Positions 61,851 to 64,000 of a DNA stretch of 64,000 bases are shown piece after piece. Within the stretch, counting starts at the first letter, position 1; each line of letters begins with the position of its first letter. The position numbers and the translations under genes are program-made. The notes under the pieces are model-generated. The model was not told the DNA's origin. It did no database searches and was given only the letters and a program-made list of their open reading frames with translations. The stretch comes from Azolla caroliniana. Its lineage: Eukaryota; Plantae; Polypodiophyta. The DNA is taken from the NCBI GenBank assembly GCA_043228905.1, contig JBHGNT010000009.1, forward strand, positions 13,888,001 to 13,952,000, given 5' to 3'.

Positions 61851-64000
61851 CCGTTCTATTTTCATTGACGATTTTCTTCAAAATGGTCTGCAACGTCTTG
61901 TTGGTGGATTCTGCTAATCCATTCGCCTGCGGATAATATGGCGTATTCTTCTTATGGACTACGGAGTAATGATGTGTTAATTCTCGAACAACCCTATTGA
62001 GAAAGTGGCTCCCCTGGTCACTAATAAGCTCAATCAGACAACTGAACCGGCACCAGATGTGCTCGTAAAGGAATCTGGCTGTGACGACTGCCGTATTTTC
62101 ACGTAGTGCCTTTGCTTCTACCCATTTTGTGCAATAATCCATGGTTACCAATATGTATTTATTGCCCGTACGGGCTGCCGCCAGTGTGAAGGGCCCCACA
62201 AAATCCAATCCCCACTTTTGGAAGGGGTCTAGCGGTAATACGGGCTGGTGTGGCATCCTTGCGCCCTCCGCGGGTTGTCCCATCCGTTGACACAAATCAC
62301 ACTTTCTACAATACGCGGATGCGTCCTTCTGCGTTGTTGGCCACCATAGGCCTGCCTGCCATACTTTCCGGGCTGTAATGTCACCCGCGTAATGGCCACC
62401 TGCCGTGGCGCAGTGTGCCTCTCGTAAAACTGCTTCCTTCTCATCCAGTCGTACCCCACGTCGCCAAATGCCGTCACTGCCTTTGTGATATAAAACACCT
62501 TCGACGAGGTAGGAGTGAGGGCTTCGGATGGCTAGTCGTTTCTTCTCGTCCGTGCGTAATTGTGGTGGAGGCAGTCCCGTAGTCAAAAAGTACGTCATTT
62601 CCATAAGCCACCGGTCCGAAAAGGTCGATTTTGTTTCTTTCTGCTAGTGTCGCTACCTGCAAGATATCGGCTTCCGGAAAATCGTCGTCATCTTTCTGTA
62701 TTGTTTCTCCATTCTCGAGTTTGCTCAAAAAATCTGCCATTGCGTGTTGCGTCCCTAGTCAGTGTTGGATTACGAAATCGAATTCCTGGAGCAGCAGCAT
62801 CCACCATGCCAATTTCCCTGTCAGGGCTTGTTTCTCCACCAAATATAGTAGCGCCGAATGATCCACGTGGAACGTGAATTTCCTTCCTAATAAATAGTGC
62901 CGGAATTTATTGATGCTATAGATCATCCCTAGCCCCTCCCGCTCCGTTGTGGAGTAGTTACGCTCTGTTGTTGATAATTTGCGACTAGTGTAGTATATTG
63001 GCCGGTACCAGCTTGGTTCGGTGAGCTGCATTAGTGCACTTCCTATTGCTATGTCTGAGGCGTCGACGAACACGTGGAATGGCTTCCCCCAAACTGGTGG
63101 TTGTACGACGGGAGCCTGTGTGAGCATTATCTTAAGTGCCTCGTAGGCCTTATCCTCCGTTGCAGTCCATTGGAAAGGAGTCTGATGTACTGTAGCGTGT
63201 AACGGCGTGGCGAAGTCTGCCAAATACCGTATCATCCGACTATGCCATCGTATTTGTCCCAAAAACCGGTTGAGTGATTTGGCGTTTGTCGGAGTGTTGG
63301 CTTGCGTAATCGCAGAGATTTTGTTCAGGTCAACCGCTATTCCCTCCTTGCTGACTATATGGCCCAGGAGAGTCACACTGGTCACGCCAAAAGCACATTT
63401 CGCGATATTCAAGCTTAAGCGTGTGGTGGGGCAATGTTCCAGGCACAGTTGTAAGTGTAAAAAATAGTCTATTGTTCTCCCATATACCGCAAAGTCATCT
63501 AAAAAAACTTGCATGAACCCCGGAATGTATTCCCCAAAGATCTCTGTAATATTCCGTTGAAATGTTGTCGGCGCCGTCTTTAGCCCGAACATCATGACGA
63601 CTGCCACATATACTCCCTAGTCCATGACAAATGTCGTCTTTTCTTGGTCCTCGGGATGCATGCGTACCTGGTTATAGCCACTGAAGCCATCTAAAAAATT
63701 GTACATCTCATGGCCTGCGACGGCGTCCAATACGCTATCCGTGAAGGGTAAGGGAAATGCGTCTGTAATGGTGACGGCGTTTAATTTTCGGTAATCTACG
63801 CATACCCGTATTTTGCCGTTTTTCTTTGGAACGACCACTATCGGGCTTAACCATCTCGCTTGTTTAACTGGTCGTATGAACCCCGCCTTCAGGAGCTTGT
63901 CAATTTCTTCTTTCACGCGGGTCACGTAGTTCGGGTTCATGCGGTAGCGGCGCTGCTAAACGGGTTTCGCGTCGGTTGCTAAATTGATCTTATGCTGATA
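61851..64000 (-). pseudogene. pol: gypsy pol (RT, RNase H, integrase) of the non-chromoviral element
   Basis: ORFs 63617-63940, 62759-63607 and 61825-62604. The frame joins 56808 (NENRT|DWDTKL) once the nested element is removed. Confidence 0.93.

Larger units (their letters stand above)
52415..64000 (-). mobile_element. Non-chromoviral Ty3/gypsy element (Phygy/Athila-like pol) with an extra ORF; runs off window end
   Basis: LTR-like segment 52415-53099 (TGTAG...CAACA). RT WLSPIVVVPKK...FLDGFSGYNQV, RH VDASDIAIG, and IN WGLDFVGPF...ISDQGSHF, with the IN C-terminus at 56254-56808. Confidence 0.85.

Overview
This is eukaryotic heterochromatin with no recognisable host genes, made almost entirely of nested and decayed transposable elements. 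The element mix suggests a non-seed land plant, probably a moss (inference only). Ty1/copia content: three related subfamilies with TGTTGAG-starting LTRs and tRNA-iMet PBS (two full-length copies with TSDs, truncated or chimeric copies, and a tandem pair sharing one LTR), a Tnt1/Tork-like fragment, and a two-LTR element with only 27 bp between its LTRs. Ty3/gypsy content: several chromoviruses, a non-chromoviral element with a ~985-codon extra ORF, and a gag-only element with a tRNA-Trp PBS and 4-bp TSD. Also present are a truncated L1, a Sola2-like DNA transposase remnant with an intron, tRNA-like repeats and minisatellites. The most unusual feature is at 53100-53141: a bipartite tRNA-Arg-type primer-binding site sits on the strand opposite pol, exactly where the polypurine tract should be. 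Other candidates are a conserved stem enclosing the copia PPT, a conserved Pol extension beyond RNase H, and a 56-bp-period hairpin array in a gypsy leader. All assignments come from reading the sequence; no database searches were run.
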